Part shown: one piece after another, positions 1 to 11,795 of the stretch | Layout of the letters: each line of letters opens with the position of its first letter | Numbering within the stretch: position 1 is the first letter of the stretch | Source: Podarcis muralis | Lineage: Eukaryota | Assembly (NCBI RefSeq): GCF_964188315.1 | Contig: NC_135667.1 | Coordinates: 23,250,001 to 23,314,000, forward strand | Length of the DNA stretch: 64,000 bases | Direction: 5' to 3' | Position numbers and translations under genes: made by a program | The notes under the pieces: generated by a model | Told to the model about the DNA's origin: nothing | The model's database searches: none | Seen by the model: the letters and a program-made list of their open reading frames with translations, nothing else

Positions 1-8
1 TTTTTCAG

Positions 9-907
9 ACATGGATGCCTGTGTCAGTTGTCCAGAAGACCAGTACCCCAGCAACAGCCAAACTGAATGCATTCCCAAGATTCTAGACCACCTTTCTTAC
101 AAAGAAACATTAGGGATCATTTTAGCTATCACGGCTATTTCTTTCTCCTTGATCACAAGTTTAGTACTTGGAACTTTTATGAAGCACAAAGACACTCCCA
201 TAGTCAAAGCCAACAATGAGACCCTTACCTGCATCCTCCTCATCTCTCTCCTCCTTTGCTTCCTCTGCTCCTTACTCTTCATCGGACAACCTGGAAAGAT
301 CATCTGCCTTTTTCGACAAATTACTTTTGGCATCATCTTTTCTGTGGCTCTTTCATCTGTGTTGGCAAAAACCATTACTGTGGTTCTGGCATTCATGGCA
401 ACCAAACCAGGATCTAGAATGAGGAAATGGGTGGGGAAAGGACTCGCAAATTCTATTGTCCTTTCCTGCTCCTTTATTCAAGCAGGCATTTGTGCTCTTT
501 GGTTATTTACATCTCCTCCATTCCCTGATAGAGACATGCACACAGTGCATGGAAAGATAATACTAGAATGTAATGAAGGTTCAGCAATCATGTTCTACTG
601 TGTCTTGGGCTACATAGGCTTCCTGGCCATTGTCAGTTTGGTTGTGGCTTTCCTAGCCCGGAGGTTGCCAGACAGTTTCAATGAGGCCAAATTTATCACT
701 TTCAGCATGCTGGTGTTTTGCAGTGTTTGGATAACCTTTATTCCAACCTACTTGAGCACTAAAGGAAAATACATGGTGGCTGTAGAAATCTTCTCCATCC
801 TGTCCTCCAGTGCTGGATTGCTTGGTTGCATATTTTTTCCTAAATGCTACATCATTGTACTGAGGCCAGAGCTGAATAACAGGGAGATACTAATAAGAAG
901 AAAATAA
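9..907 (+). CDS. Vomeronasal type-2 receptor (class C GPCR), terminal 7TM exon; upstream exons lie outside the window
   Basis: Acceptor tttttcag at 1-8. ORF has the Cys-rich tail (CPEDQYP..CIPK), KANN, FMATKPG and [22 protein letters not shown] motifs. Stop TAA at 905-907. Confidence 0.95.
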
Positions 908-929
908 TAATCTGAGAATGCCTATACAA

Positions 930-1066
930 CTGGATAGCTCAGTTGCTTAGAGCATGGTGCTTATGACACCAAGGTTGCAAGTTCATTCCCCATATGGAAA
1001 GCTACATATGGCTGAACTAGATGATCCTCACAGTCCCTTCCAACTCTACCATGCTATGATTCTATT
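930..1066 (+). mobile_element. tRNA-derived SINE with CR1-like 3' tail (degenerate)
   Basis: tRNA-like head gctcagttgcttagagcatggtg...aggttgcaagttcattccc followed by a CR1-type end (tagatgatcc...cccttccaactctac..atgattcta). Confidence 0.6.
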
Positions 1067-1435
1067 ACCTGGTTTTATCTGTGTTACCTGAAAATAGTGA
1101 GGGAAGGGATGTTATGAGAATTTATGCATGAGTGCTTGCCTAGGCAAATGTTGCTGCTCAAATTCTCAAGGGGTCCTTGTATCTTGATCCTTCTCTCACA
1201 CACACTTTTGGCTTCAGCTCATCTGCAAGATGTCCTCCTCACCTTTGACTATTAGTCAGGCAAAAACAGTGTTCAGCATAGTGTCATTATTGTCTTTTTT
1301 CCACTCAGCATCATGAGATTTGTAGCTCACCATGACATTTCAGTTGATAAGTCCTTTGCCTACACTTCATATGACCAAGCAACACTGAGGCAAGTAACTG
1401 TTCCACTTTGCATAAAATACCTGCACACCTTTTTC

Positions 1436-1441
1436 TTTATT
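1436..1441 (-). promoter_or_regulatory. Candidate polyadenylation signal of VWA5A-like gene
   Basis: AATAAA on the - strand about 350 nt past the stop codon. Confidence 0.4.
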
Positions 1442-1790
1442 GAAACTCACCCAACCCCTAACTCAAACTGTGAACGTGTTCTCCCAAAACATTTCCCACA
1501 CACAATCCAGTTGCCTATTACAGTTCTCTTTCCGCTCTTTCGGTACATGTTTATGAATGGAGTGCATAGGGAACATCACTGATATTACTGCAGTACGTTA
1601 AAGCATCTTTGAAGAACTGCTACCCTATTGAGGAAAAGAGACACATCTGAAGTAAGTCCAAAAGACAGAAGGCTCGTGAAAGTACAATAGGCACACAGAT
1701 GGAACAATGAGATATTCTTGAAGGGAAGAAAAAGCAAGTGCCAAAACTCCAGTGAAATATATAAGGCTTATGCTGGCAAGAGGGGGCAGT

Positions 1791-1870
1791 TCAGAGCCCA
1801 AAGACCTCAGCACTGATGTCACATCCCAAGAAGGCATTGCCAGCCTTCACACACTCAGCAAGTTTAGGCC
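1791..1870 (-). CDS. VWA5A: VWA5A-like, last coding exon (GPKLAECVKAGNAFLGCDISAEVFGL*)
   Basis: Acceptor tttttgttgcag, phase 1, TGA at 1791-1793. Resembles the VWA5A C-terminus. Confidence 0.85.
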
Positions 1871-2117
1871 CTGCAACAAAAAGGGATACAAGATGGTTAT
1901 TTCAGTGTGGCACCAGCAAGCAGTTTCCTGACAGACCCCTAAGCTTTCTATCCATAGCAAACACAGTAAAAATGGCAGTAAAAATCACACCAAGAACAAA
2001 ATAAACAAATAAACAATTTATGTTGCAAGCTAAATGACAAATTAAAATGCACACTTTGATTTCCTTCCTCCACTCTTCCTTGCTCTCCTTTGCCTTTGTA
2101 TATCCATCACTATTGTC

Positions 2118-2170
<53 letters not shown>
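2118..2170. repeat. Compound microsatellite (CT)n(CA)n
   Basis: Read directly; abuts the VWA5A donor at 2174. Confidence 0.95.
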
Positions 2171-2174
<4 letters not shown>

Positions 2175-2298
2175 CTGTGCTCTCATGGAGCCATCCCACA
2201 GCTTTTGCCTCTAATAGCTGCCAGATATCACTACGTTCTGCAAAGTGGACATGTAGCCAGAGAACGACAAGAACTGTTGTCCATGCAGTTTGGACCAC
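2175..2298 (-). CDS. VWA5A: VWA5A-like exon (VVQTAWTTVLVVLWLH...LLEAKAVGWLHEST)
   Basis: ctcag acceptor and gtgag donor, 124 nt, phase 0-1. Matches the W.T.L.V.WLH...LLE.KAV.W motif. Confidence 0.9.
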
Positions 2299-2475
2299 CT
2301 GAGATTATGTGCAGGGAAGGGGAGGAAAACAGCAAGTGATTCTCACTCATCCTGTCATGGACACCTCCAATCCCCGCCCCCATGAGGACCCCCACCTTGG
2401 ATGGATCCATGAATGATTTCTATCTTCAAGGGCCCATCCAGGTGAAGACACAGAAGAGCATATGAGCTTTCCAAA

Positions 2476-3419
2476 GGGGGTTTGGGCTGGGTGTTCATCA
2501 GTATGCAGATGACACCCAGCTCTACCTCTCCTTTAAACCAGTGAAGGCGGTGAAGGTCCTGTGTGAGTGCCTGGAGGCAGTTGCAGGATGGATGGCAGCT
2601 AACAGATTGAGGTTGAATCCTGACAAGACAGAAGTACTGTTTTTGGGTGACAGGGGGCGGGTGGGTGTGGGGGATTCCCTGGTCCTGATTGGGGTAACTG
2701 TGCCCCTGAAGGACCAGGTGCGCAGCCTGGGAGCCATTTTGGACTCACAGCTGTCCATGGAGGTGCAGGTTAATTCTGTGTCCAGGGCGGCTGTCTACCA
2801 GCTCTACCTGGTACGCAGGCTAAGACCCTACCTGCCCGCAGACTGTCTCGCCAGAGTGGTGCATGCTCTAGTTATCTCCCGCTTGGACTACTGCAATGCA
2901 CTCTACGTGGGGCTACCTTTGAAGGTGACCCGGAAACTGCAATTAATCCAGAATGCGGCAGCTAGACTGGTGACTGGGAGTGGCCGCCGGGACCACATAA
3001 CACCAGTCCTGAGAGATCTGCATTGGCGCCCAGTACGTTTCCGAGCACAATTCAAAGTGTTGGTGCTGACCTTTAAAGCCCTAAACAGCCTCGGTCCTGT
3101 ATACCTGAAAGAGCGTCTCCATCCCCATCGTTCAGATGAGATCCAGCGCCGAGGGCCTTCTGGCGGTACCCTCATTGCGAGAAGTGAGGTTACAGGGAAC
3201 CAGACAGAAGGCCTTCTCGGTAGTGGCGCCTACCCTGTGGAACACCCTCCCTTCAGATGTGAAGGAAATAAGCAGCTATCCTATCTTTGAAAGACATCTG
3301 AAGGCAGCCCTTCAGGGAAGTTTTTAATATTTAATGCTGTGCTGTGTTTAACACTTGATTGGGAGCCGCCCAGAGTGGCTGGGGAAACTCAGCCAGATGG
3401 GCAGGGTATAAATAATAAA

Positions 3420-3466
<47 letters not shown>
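2476..3466 (+). mobile_element. 5'-truncated L2 LINE (RT C-terminus) with (TTA)n tail
   Basis: HQYADDTQLYLSF, ANRLRLNPDKTEVL, SRLDYCN, LQLIQNAAARLV and HITPVLRDLHW motifs. Frameshift near 3135. (TTA)n at 3422-3468. Candidate TSD ttccaaa at 2469-2475 and 3467-3473. Confidence 0.9.
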
Positions 3467-3469
<3 letters not shown>

Positions 3470-3481
3470 CAAATGTCCTAC

Positions 3482-3609
3482 CTGAGTAGGCATTTTCCCC
3501 AGAATCTCTGCTTCACCCAAACCTAGTATGCTGAGCAGGTTGGCATCAAGGGACCAGGAACCATCAGCATTCTGCAAGGAGACTAGCCTCAAGAGAAGTG
3601 ATTCATTTG
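3482..3609 (-). CDS. VWA5A: VWA5A-like exon (NESLLLRLVSLQNADGSWSLDANLLSILG...MPTQ)
   Basis: caacag acceptor and gtagga donor, 128 nt. LQNADGSW motif. Confidence 0.9.
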
Positions 3610-4242
3610 CTGTTGGGGAAATAAAGAAAAAATTGCACACCTTGCAAGCATTTCCTTTATTCTCCAAAGGGTTTTGAAAATCCACAAAAACAAAGGTCAC
3701 AATCTGTGGGACTTGGGAAATAATGTATGAAAGTGTACAGCGTTGTTTACGACACCATTCTGGAACCATTTGATACATGTTGTGGGAGCCTTTGGGAAGC
3801 CTTGAATGCTGGGCCCTTAGAAGAACAGGGATTCAGTACCACATGATTGCAAAGAGAATAATTACCCCACTGCCAGCTCCCAAGGTCTGGGGATGCTAGC
3901 CAAGCTTTCAGGCTTCCCAGATCTACTTTATGCCTTAAACCAGGGGTGGGAAACTTTTTAAAGCCACACTGATGCCTGCCCAACAGGTAATATATGACAT
4001 CAGGCATGGGGCACATGACCATGGTTCAGACCAAATGGACAGGCCTAGTAGATCATATCTGGCCCATGGGCCAGAGGTTCCCCACCAAATTATGCCTTGG
4101 ATTGGAGCGCATTTCTTTCTGTATCTGCACCCATTTGAACCATTCTTTAAGATAGGAATCCAAGGCTCATTGACCTGGTGTCAAGCAGGGTCAAATTAGC
4201 AGGCACTACACATAGCACCTTTCAATGGTGGCCCTAGCTTAC

Positions 4243-4386
4243 GGTCTCCCTCTCTGAACACATACAGGCAAACCTCTGAATGCTGTTTGTGCCAGCTGAG
4301 AAGGAGAAGAGAGATGGGGGAGTCCAGCAAGTCCATATGCATGTCTCTAGCTGGCAGCTCTACTGACCCTGATGTCTGTGAGCTTC
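4243..4386 (-). CDS. VWA5A: VWA5A-like probable linker exon
   Basis: Pyrimidine tract with cccaag acceptor, gtaagc donor, 144 nt, open, phase 1-1. No sequence homology recognised. Confidence 0.5.
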
Positions 4387-4435
4387 CTTGGGATGGGGAA
4401 GAAGAGAGAAACACCAGCTGTAGCTTATTGCTACC

Positions 4436-4436
<1 letters not shown>

Positions 4437-4479
<43 letters not shown>
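4437..4479. repeat. (GT)n microsatellite
   Basis: Read directly. Confidence 0.9.
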
Positions 4480-4485
<6 letters not shown>

Positions 4486-5382
4486 CTGTTGCTACTGTGG
4501 ATAAGGGAGAGAAGTGTATTACGGTGAATGCTAGTGGGCATTCACTATACTGCTCAGGGTGAGAGCCTGGATAGTTTGGAGAGCAGGGGTAAAAGATGTT
4601 AAGTTACTCAAAAGCCTCAGGGTGAGAGTCTGTTGGCACAGAGTGAGCCCTCTTTGTGATAGGGGGGGGGGTGACTGCCAAAGTGGGGAAATGAGTTGAG
4701 AACTGTTGCTAAGACTTTTCATTCATTAATCTGTTTCAGTCTGTTTCTATCTAGGTGTTTGGTTAAATTTGAAATATTAATTTTTACTGCTGTTTTGCTT
4801 GTTTACCTTGACAAATTGTTGTTTATTGGACCTGCTTATAATTTTTGTATCCTGTTTTTATCTATTTATTTTCATTACTTTGCTCCCCACTCTGGAACTG
4901 AAAAGTAAAAGTAATAAGCAAGTAAATAAGTAAATCAGCAAATATGAGCCCTATAGTGTTAGCTTTAAAGGCAGACCTTTCTGTTCCAAGCTGCATTTAA
5001 TCTATATTTTAGTGCTCTGTATTTAACTTCTATTTTCAATTTCTCATTATTGGCTTCCTTTATGTTTTAGTCCAAGTGTATTTTTAATAGATTGCAGCTT
5101 TCTAGATTAATATGCTGTGAGAGCCACCTGTAGGGACTTTGAATTAATTATAAATTATACAAATGATAAATGCAAATAGAATAAATTCCACATAAATCGT
5201 AAAGACTTGAGTCATCCCCACCTGCAAAGTTCCCCTCCTTCACTTACGTAGTCCTTTCCTTCTTTCCATATATTGGAGAGATAAGGTGTGTGACAGAATC
5301 TGGATTTAAGAGTGGGATTTTATTATGCATGGACACTTAAACCTTCTGCTTTTTTTCAAAAACTTATTATTAATCAACAATA

Positions 5383-5742
5383 AGGCAAAGGTAAAGGTAC
5401 CCCTGCCCGTACGGGCCAGTCTTGCCAGACTCTAGGGTTGTGCGCTCATCTCACTCTATAGGCCGGGAGCCAGCGCTGTCCGCAGACACTTCCGGGTCAC
5501 GTGGCCAGCGTGACAAGCTGCATCTGGCGATCCAGCGCAGCACACGGAACGCCGTTTACCTTCCCGCTAGTAAGCGGTCCCTATTTATCTACTTGCACCC
5601 GGGGGTGCTTTCGAACTGCTAGGTTGGCAGGCACTGGGACCGAACGACGGGAGCGCACCCCTCCGCGGGGATTCGAACCACCGACCATGCGATCGGCAAG
5701 TCCTAGGCGCTGAGGTTTTACCCACAGCGCCACCCGCGTCCC
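5383..5742 (-). mobile_element. Sauria SINE, full length
   Basis: Head gggacgcgggtggcgctgtgggt and (ACCTTT)n tail. TSD ttaatcaacaata at 5370-5382 and 5746-5758. Confidence 0.93.
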
Positions 5743-6148
5743 AATTTAATCAACAATACATGCTGCTAAATAATGGTAAGTTATTGTCTCAACTCTCAAG
5801 CATGCTTATTTTGCATGCCCAACCATTTGTACACCACATAGTGATTCTGAAGATCTCTGTGACTTAATCTCTGGAAGCAGCAAGTGGTCAGAGGGTGGGA
5901 AATCTCCTGCCACAGATCCCAGTCTGTTGGCAATGACTTCTAATTGGTGGCGCTCTGCTGCTGATTTCTCCCTGCTATAGACATTATCCTTCCAAGTTCT
6001 TGACCAAGATACTGGTAAGAAGGAAAGGAGGGAGGAGAATCTGTAAACGTTAAGACTAAGAAATCCAACATGATCTGGGGTTTCTTAGCACATAAATCTA
6101 GACATGTATACAGTGCAAACTCACATCCTGTTGCAATCCTACACTTAC

Positions 6149-6376
6149 TTGGGAGACTGGCATGGTCAAACACTGCATTTTGAGCATTAAGGAACTCTCC
6201 AGTAGTGGAATAACTTCTCCAACCTCTGGTACTGCTGGCAAAAAGGGTGGATGCTGAGAAATAGAGCTTTGAGGAAAATTCTAAAGCTCTCAGCAAAATA
6301 CTCTCACATCTGGAAGGTTCACACTTATATTCATAACAGCATTTATCACTTTGGAGTATATCAGCCCACACAGAGC
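6149..6376 (-). CDS. VWA5A: VWA5A-like probable linker exon (alternative acceptor at 6253)
   Basis: Strong acceptor ctctatctctttttag and strong donor gtaagt, 228 nt, open, phase 1-1. Confidence 0.55.
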
Positions 6377-6455
6377 CTAAAAAGAGATAGAGCACAAGTA
6401 ATACTGAAGTTGGTGTTTTACACCATATCCCAGGCACAAGACAAAGAAAATAGAG

Positions 6456-6701
6456 CAGGGGTCAGCAACCTTTTTCAGCAGGGGCCAGTGCACCATCCCT
6501 CAGAACTTGTGGGGGGGTGGACTATATTTGGGGCGGGTGAATGAATTCCTATGCCCCACAAAAAACCCAAAGATGCATTTTAAATAAAAGCACACATTCT
6601 ACTCATGTAAAAACACTCTGATTCCCGGACCATCTGCGGGCCAGATTGAGAAGGCAATTGGGCCGCATCTGGCCCCTGGGCCTTAGGTTGCCTCACCCCT
6701 G
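6456..6701. mobile_element. hAT-type non-autonomous element (MITE)
   Basis: TIRs caggggt...acccctg; 8-bp TSD aaatagag / aaataaag. Confidence 0.8.
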
Positions 6702-7010
6702 AAATAAAGGGACAAATAGCCATCTTAAGTGGAGAGGCCTCGGTGAGGAAGCCAGTCTACAACATTCTTTCAGCTTCTTTTACATCCATCCTACCGAACA
6801 CAAAAATTTCTCTATAGTAATTCTTAGCTCTTCTCCAGCTTTCATACCGTCACCAAAGCCCCTTTTATTTGTTTCAGTATAAATCTCAGGCCCCTATGTT
6901 GAAGTTTATCTACTGTTGTCATATCGCACTGCTCTGCTAGTTTCCTCCAAGTCCCAGTACTTGTTGATTTTCACTGTTCCCCTCCCCTATAACGCTTCAG
7001 TGCTCCGTAC

Positions 7011-7213
7011 TATTTGGATATGGAATCTCTCTGAATTCAACAGGGGCTTGAAGCGGCTCGCCCCGTTCCATATTCACTACCACGTAAGCAGTCTGAGCAC
7101 ACAGCACCCCAGAGCTCAGGCTGGTCTCCAGCACCAGCTGCTGCTTTGCTGTCGATCTTGTTTCCTCCAGTTCTTTCAAAACAGCCTGAGCTGCCAGTCG
7201 GTGAACAGGAAGC
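7011..7213 (-). CDS. VWA5A: VWA5A-like exon (LPVHRLAAQAVLKELEE...SGVLCAQTAYVVVN...)
   Basis: tctacag acceptor; gtacgg is the only GT before the in-frame stop. HRLAA motif. Confidence 0.85.
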
Positions 7214-7779
7214 CTGTAGAGAGACAAAGGGCGGGGAGGAAAGTGCAAGGCAGAATTTGAAGCGGAAGGTTTGATGGGTGGTGGTGGTGATGCCTTCATG
7301 TTTCCTTTCTGGTATTCCCTGGGGGTGGGCAGCATTTTAATAGACTGCTGCCAACTTCAAAAGTCAATTTCACTGAAGATAAAGCCATGAATGGCTACTA
7401 GCCTTTATGACTGTGTACTACCCTCCAGTATCAGAGGTGATATTTTGGGAATCACAAGTGAGAAGAATCCTGTTGGACTCAGATCCTGCCTGCATGTTTC
7501 ATATAGGCATCTGAATTGCCACCGTGCTGGATTAGAAGGGCCTTTGGCATCATCTCACAGGACAATATGTTCCTAATCATTAGACAGGATGAAGCTCCTG
7601 CCTGAGTCTGCTCTGTCAATTGCGCCTCCTATCATCCCTGGCCATTGGCCATCCTGACTGGTGCTGGTGGCAGAATGAGTCCAACAACAACCAGAGGGCC
7701 AAAGGTTCTTCATTCTTCCTCTCTTTATAATTTCTGTTTAATATATCTGGTGTCAAATTTTAGCTTTCAGGAACAAATA

Positions 7780-8835
7780 CCGTATTTTTCGCTCTATAAC
7801 ACGCACCTGACCATAACACGCACATCGTTTTTAGAGGAGGAAAACAAGGGAAAAAACATTCTGAATGAAACAGTGGATGTATCATTTTTGTGCTTCATGC
7901 TGTGGCCACAGACATGTGATCTGATGGTGAATTTGGGGTGACCCAATGCAAAAATCCTGAGAATCCCTGTGGATCCATGCTTTGTAACCACGTTTTTGCA
8001 CCATTGCAGCCCCAGGCAACAGTGGGTGCATGATTTGGGGGGGGCAGGCTGTAGCCATGGACATGCTATGTGATCTGATGGTGAATTTGGGGTGACGCAA
8101 TGCAAAGATCCTGAGGATCCATGTGGATCCATGCTTTGTAACCACGTTTTTGCACCATTGCAGCCCCAGGCAACAGTGGGTACGTGATTTTTGGGGGGCA
8201 GGCTGTAGCCATGGACATGCTATGTGATCTGATGGTGAATTTGGGCTGACCCAATGCAAAGATCCTGAGGATCCATGTGGATCCATGCTTTGTAACCACA
8301 TTTTAAGTGGGGAGGGAAGGAAAAACACAGAAGGGACAAGGAGCACGAGAGGGGTGTGCAGAGAAGCAGCTGGCTAAGAATGCAGGAGAGGGATATAACG
8401 GGAGGGTGGAAAGGAAGGCAAAAGTTTTCCCCCCACCTACCCACCCAAGCCAGCCAGCTCTCTCTCTCTCTCTCTCCCACCTGCATGTTTTCAGCAGCAC
8501 CGGAGCACAGAGAGAAAGGAATGACACTCTGCTTTCCCCTCTGCTTGCCTGGAGGGGAGGGGCTTTCCCTGCTCTTTGTTCTGTTTGAGCAAACACAGCA
8601 AGGAAACAGAGGAGGGTGGGCAGTAAGACACTGAGGCAGAATGCAGGAAAGCAGCCGCTTCCTCTTTTCAGGTTTCCCTTCTCCGAGAAGCGCAATTTGA
8701 TTTTTGCCTGATTTTTTTTGCCTCCACTCGCGCCAGTCGGCTCCAGGGACCACACATTCGCTCAATAACACGCACAGACATTTCCCCTTCCTTTTTAGGA
8801 GAAAAAATCTGCGTGTTATAGAGGGAAAAATACGG
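7780..8835. mobile_element. Tc1/mariner (Tc2/pogo-like) non-autonomous DNA transposon with internal 154-bp tandem repeat
   Basis: TIR ccgtatttttcgctctataac / gttatagagggaaaaatacgg, TA on both sides. Repeat units start at 7914, 8068 and 8222 (third is partial). Confidence 0.85.
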
Positions 8836-8924
8836 TACATTTTTGAAAGTTAGACAGTACTTTCCAATGCAGCTGCATGTAAAGAGCAAAGTGGGGAGGG
8901 GGAAAGCGGGGTGGGGAGTCCAAC

Positions 8925-9028
8925 CTGTCATTCTCCTCTGCCTCAAGTCGAAAGTCCATCTTCTCTGTGAAAGTCTGGCCTTGCATGCTGTACTGGAGCA
9001 CAACAGAACCCTCTGGGAGGTCAGAGGT
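8925..9028 (-). CDS. VWA5A: VWA5A-like exon (TSDLPEGSVVLQYSMQGQTFTEKMDFRLEAEEND)
   Basis: ttcctgcag acceptor and gttgga donor, 104 nt, phase 0-2. Confidence 0.85.
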
Positions 9029-9519
9029 CTGCAGGAAAGAAATAAAAGCATCAGGTGAAGTAGTGCTTGACAATGGTCGGTACTCTGGGTGGTGTAAAAG
9101 GGCCATTAGCTCACAGGGACAAAGCCTAAAGAGAGACTGGCACTTTCCCTTCTTATTTTGGCAGACTTTAGAGAAACGAGCATGAATGTTCACGTGCAGG
9201 GCCAGCCCTGCCGTTTGGCAAACTGATGCAGTTACCTTAGAAGACAGATGCATTGGGGCAGCAATTTCTAGTTAATTTTAGGTTTAGTACAGACCACACA
9301 TGGCCTTCCCCATAATGAAGAGTCCCTCATCCCCATCCACTCTCAACCCATTTCCCTACGTTATCCCTGGATAAGTTTAGTTTCCACAACATTATCATAT
9401 CATTTTCCTCCACCACCTTTGCCCCCAACTCTGGTGCACCTCATCACACATCACACATCTCATTGATTTTGCCCACCAACTACCGGTATGTATTCCACCA
9501 TTATATTGGGCCAACTTGC

Positions 9520-9684
9520 CTGTTGCTGCCCGCAGATCTGAGCATACATGAGGCAGCATTCCCCTGCAAAGATGGCCTGAGTGCTTGACCCCAGAAGCAC
9601 AGCCTCGAGGCCAGGAGGCAAATGCCACTCTAGTTTAATGTGTTTCACTTCCGGCTGCAGAGAACACTTCAGAGATCGCAGTGC
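9520..9684 (-). CDS. VWA5A: VWA5A-like exon (ALRSLKCSLQPEVKHIKLEWHLPPGL...QICGQQQ), probable GC donor
   Basis: tttcacag acceptor, 165 nt, ends CAG|gcaagt. Confidence 0.85.
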
Positions 9685-9815
9685 CTGTGAAACACAAATG
9701 ATCTCACAATCAAGGGGGACAAGAGATCAAACATAGCTTGGGGAGAAAACTTATAGCAAGATCTGTTGGGATGGGCAGGGATAGGATCTGGTGGATATCT
9801 GGCTGAGCTATGTAT

Positions 9816-10070
9816 GAAGAAGAAGAAGAAGAGTTTGGATTTGATATCCCGCCTTTCACTCCCCTTCAGGAGTCTCAAAGCGGCTAACAATCTCCTTTCC
9901 CTTCCTCCCCCACAACAAACACTCTGTGAGGTGAGTGGGGCTGAGAGACTTCAAAGAAGTGTGACTGGCCCAAGGTCACCCAGCAGCTGCATGTGGAAGA
10001 GCGGAGACACGAACCCGGTTACCCAGATTACGTGACTACCACTCTTAACCACTACACCACACTGGCTCTC
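9816..10070 (-). mobile_element. Squam3-type tRNA-derived SINE with (TTC)n tail
   Basis: Head gagagccagtgtggtgtagtggttaagagtggt on the - strand; (GAA)n at 9816-9834. Confidence 0.8.
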
Positions 10071-10590
10071 TAGAGATTCCTGACACAGCTGTACCACACC
10101 AGCTTAACTCCCTCATCCTTGGCTCAGCCAAGAAATACACACATATCTCCCTCTCCTGGTTTGGGTGGGACCCAATTGGCTGAGCAGATCTTATGTGTGA
10201 GCCCTGAAAAGGGGTTTTTGGCGCTGAGACCATAGAGGGCTGTATCCCAGGCCTGCTCAGCTCAGTAATGAGACATGGCAACCGGGTGTAACTTAAGCTG
10301 GCAAAAAGGGTGGTGTAACTCAAACACCATTTTAAAAACTTGTTTCCACCCTGCCAGGTAGAAGTCCAAAAACTACTGGAGAGCCACAAGGTCTTAATCC
10401 CTGGTCTATTCTGATTGGCAGTAGCTCTCCAGAAGCTAAGACAGAAGTCTTTCCTAGACTTACCTAGAGATGGAAGATTGAACCTGAGGCATTCTGCATG
10501 CCCTCAACCACTGAGCTCTGGCTCTTCACCCAAGTGTTGGATGGGGTCTATCAGATCATGGTGATGAAGACAAAACACCAGGACACTCAC

Positions 10591-10705
10591 CTTGGCCTGC
10601 ATTTGCTCCTTGCTCCTGATGAATTCAGCTCTGCCACCACTTGCTTCAGCAATGCCACCTATGAAGTATGAGGAAGTCCCTTCACCAATCCCAAAGGAGA
10701 AGCAT
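10591..10705 (-). CDS. VWA5A: VWA5A-like vWA exon (CFSFGIGEGTSSYFIGGIAEASGGRAEFIRSKEQMQAK)
   Basis: tacag acceptor and gtgag donor, 115 nt. CFSFGIGEG motif. Confidence 0.93.
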
Positions 10706-11009
10706 CTGTATGACAGTGGGGGAAAGGTCAATGCTCTACTCTATCCCATTGTGCATGTTTCAAGAAGTATCCACCATCAAGGCTTGCTAACCATAGTATC
10801 GTGACACTCCTGGTGGGTAAAATTGAGTGTTTCTCAAGTAAGCACCACTGGGACCTGAAAAGGCTGGCACGATCCATCCCATACTTTCCTGCTTCCTCAA
10901 GTTTCCAGCCATGCTCAACCAGACTCTTCCTCCAACCCCATTTCACAGGGCTAGTTTCCTTAAAATTAAATGCCAGTCACCCTACCACAATCTCATACCC
11001 TGTTCTCAC

Positions 11010-11089
11010 CTGTGGGACTTACTGTGACTCTGAACTTCAGCAATGACCTCATCTATGTTAGATACCTCTCCATCTGTGAATACAAAGAC
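11010..11089 (-). CDS. VWA5A: VWA5A-like vWA exon (VFVFTDGEVSNIDEVIAEVQSHSKSHR)
   Basis: ctccag acceptor and gtgag donor, 80 nt. MIDAS Asp in FTDGE. Confidence 0.93.
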
Positions 11090-11143
11090 CTGGAGAAAGA
11101 TAGGGGTGTATAAAGTTAACTTGGAAGTCTGTGCACGCATGTG

Positions 11144-11178
<35 letters not shown>

Positions 11179-11650
11179 CTTCTATCCCTTGGGGAGGAAC
11201 AAAGTTGTATTTATGTTTTGAATCCCTGGTTCAGACTTGCTTGCAGTTCACAGCAACTAGGATCAATTTTCCAGCCCACTGGAGACATTCCAAATCCCTC
11301 TTGAGGTCATAACTTGGCTCTCTAAAATACAGTAGTATATTATTTAATTTATTTCATTAACTGTATATACCACCTGATTGTAATTCTTTTTTAAATCAAA
11401 CAAAGGAAATCATTTGTTTTAAGTGAATAGCCAGGGTGTTGTCATTTGAGCAGATATAATTTGGGGGATGGGGGTTACATCTCCTACCTGTCAAACAGGG
11501 ATGAAACTAGCTGAGACTACTTTTTTTGCCCTTGTTGTATTGGTTGAGATTATACCATGAAGAGAGGAGATAAATTAAAGGCAATGGGTATGTAGCCGCA
11601 TGGAACTGCAATTAATTTATTTCACATACATGAAGGTGTGATGAATTTAC

Positions 11651-11795
11651 CTGACGGGCATATCCTTCCCTACACGGCTGGCTGTAAATGGCCTTCAGTG
11701 GTTGCAGAATCTCTGTGCCACCCAAATTAGCCTGCAGGTCCAACACCCCCCGCAGAGACTCCAACATGGTCTGTTGTGTGTACTTTACACTCTTC
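11651..11795 (-). CDS. VWA5A: VWA5A-like vWA exon (KSVKYTQQTM...ANLGGTEILQPLKAIY...RQ)
   Basis: ctgcag acceptor and gtaaat donor, 145 nt. GGTEI motif. Confidence 0.93.

Noticed and set aside
930-1000. tRNA gene
   Set aside because: This and the other tRNA-like heads belong to SINEs and lack a complete cloverleaf.
5940-6437. ORF resembling a secreted Cys-rich peptide (SVLLVLYLFLGSVWA|D..KCC..C..C)
   Set aside because: It starts at GTG, and the hydrophobic stretch is the translated polypyrimidine tract of a VWA5A acceptor at 6377.
7794-8840. Overlapping ORFs with repeated peptides (MDPHGSSGSLH, KHGSTWILRIF)
   Set aside because: Products of the 154-bp tandem repeat inside a non-autonomous transposon; no transposase motifs.
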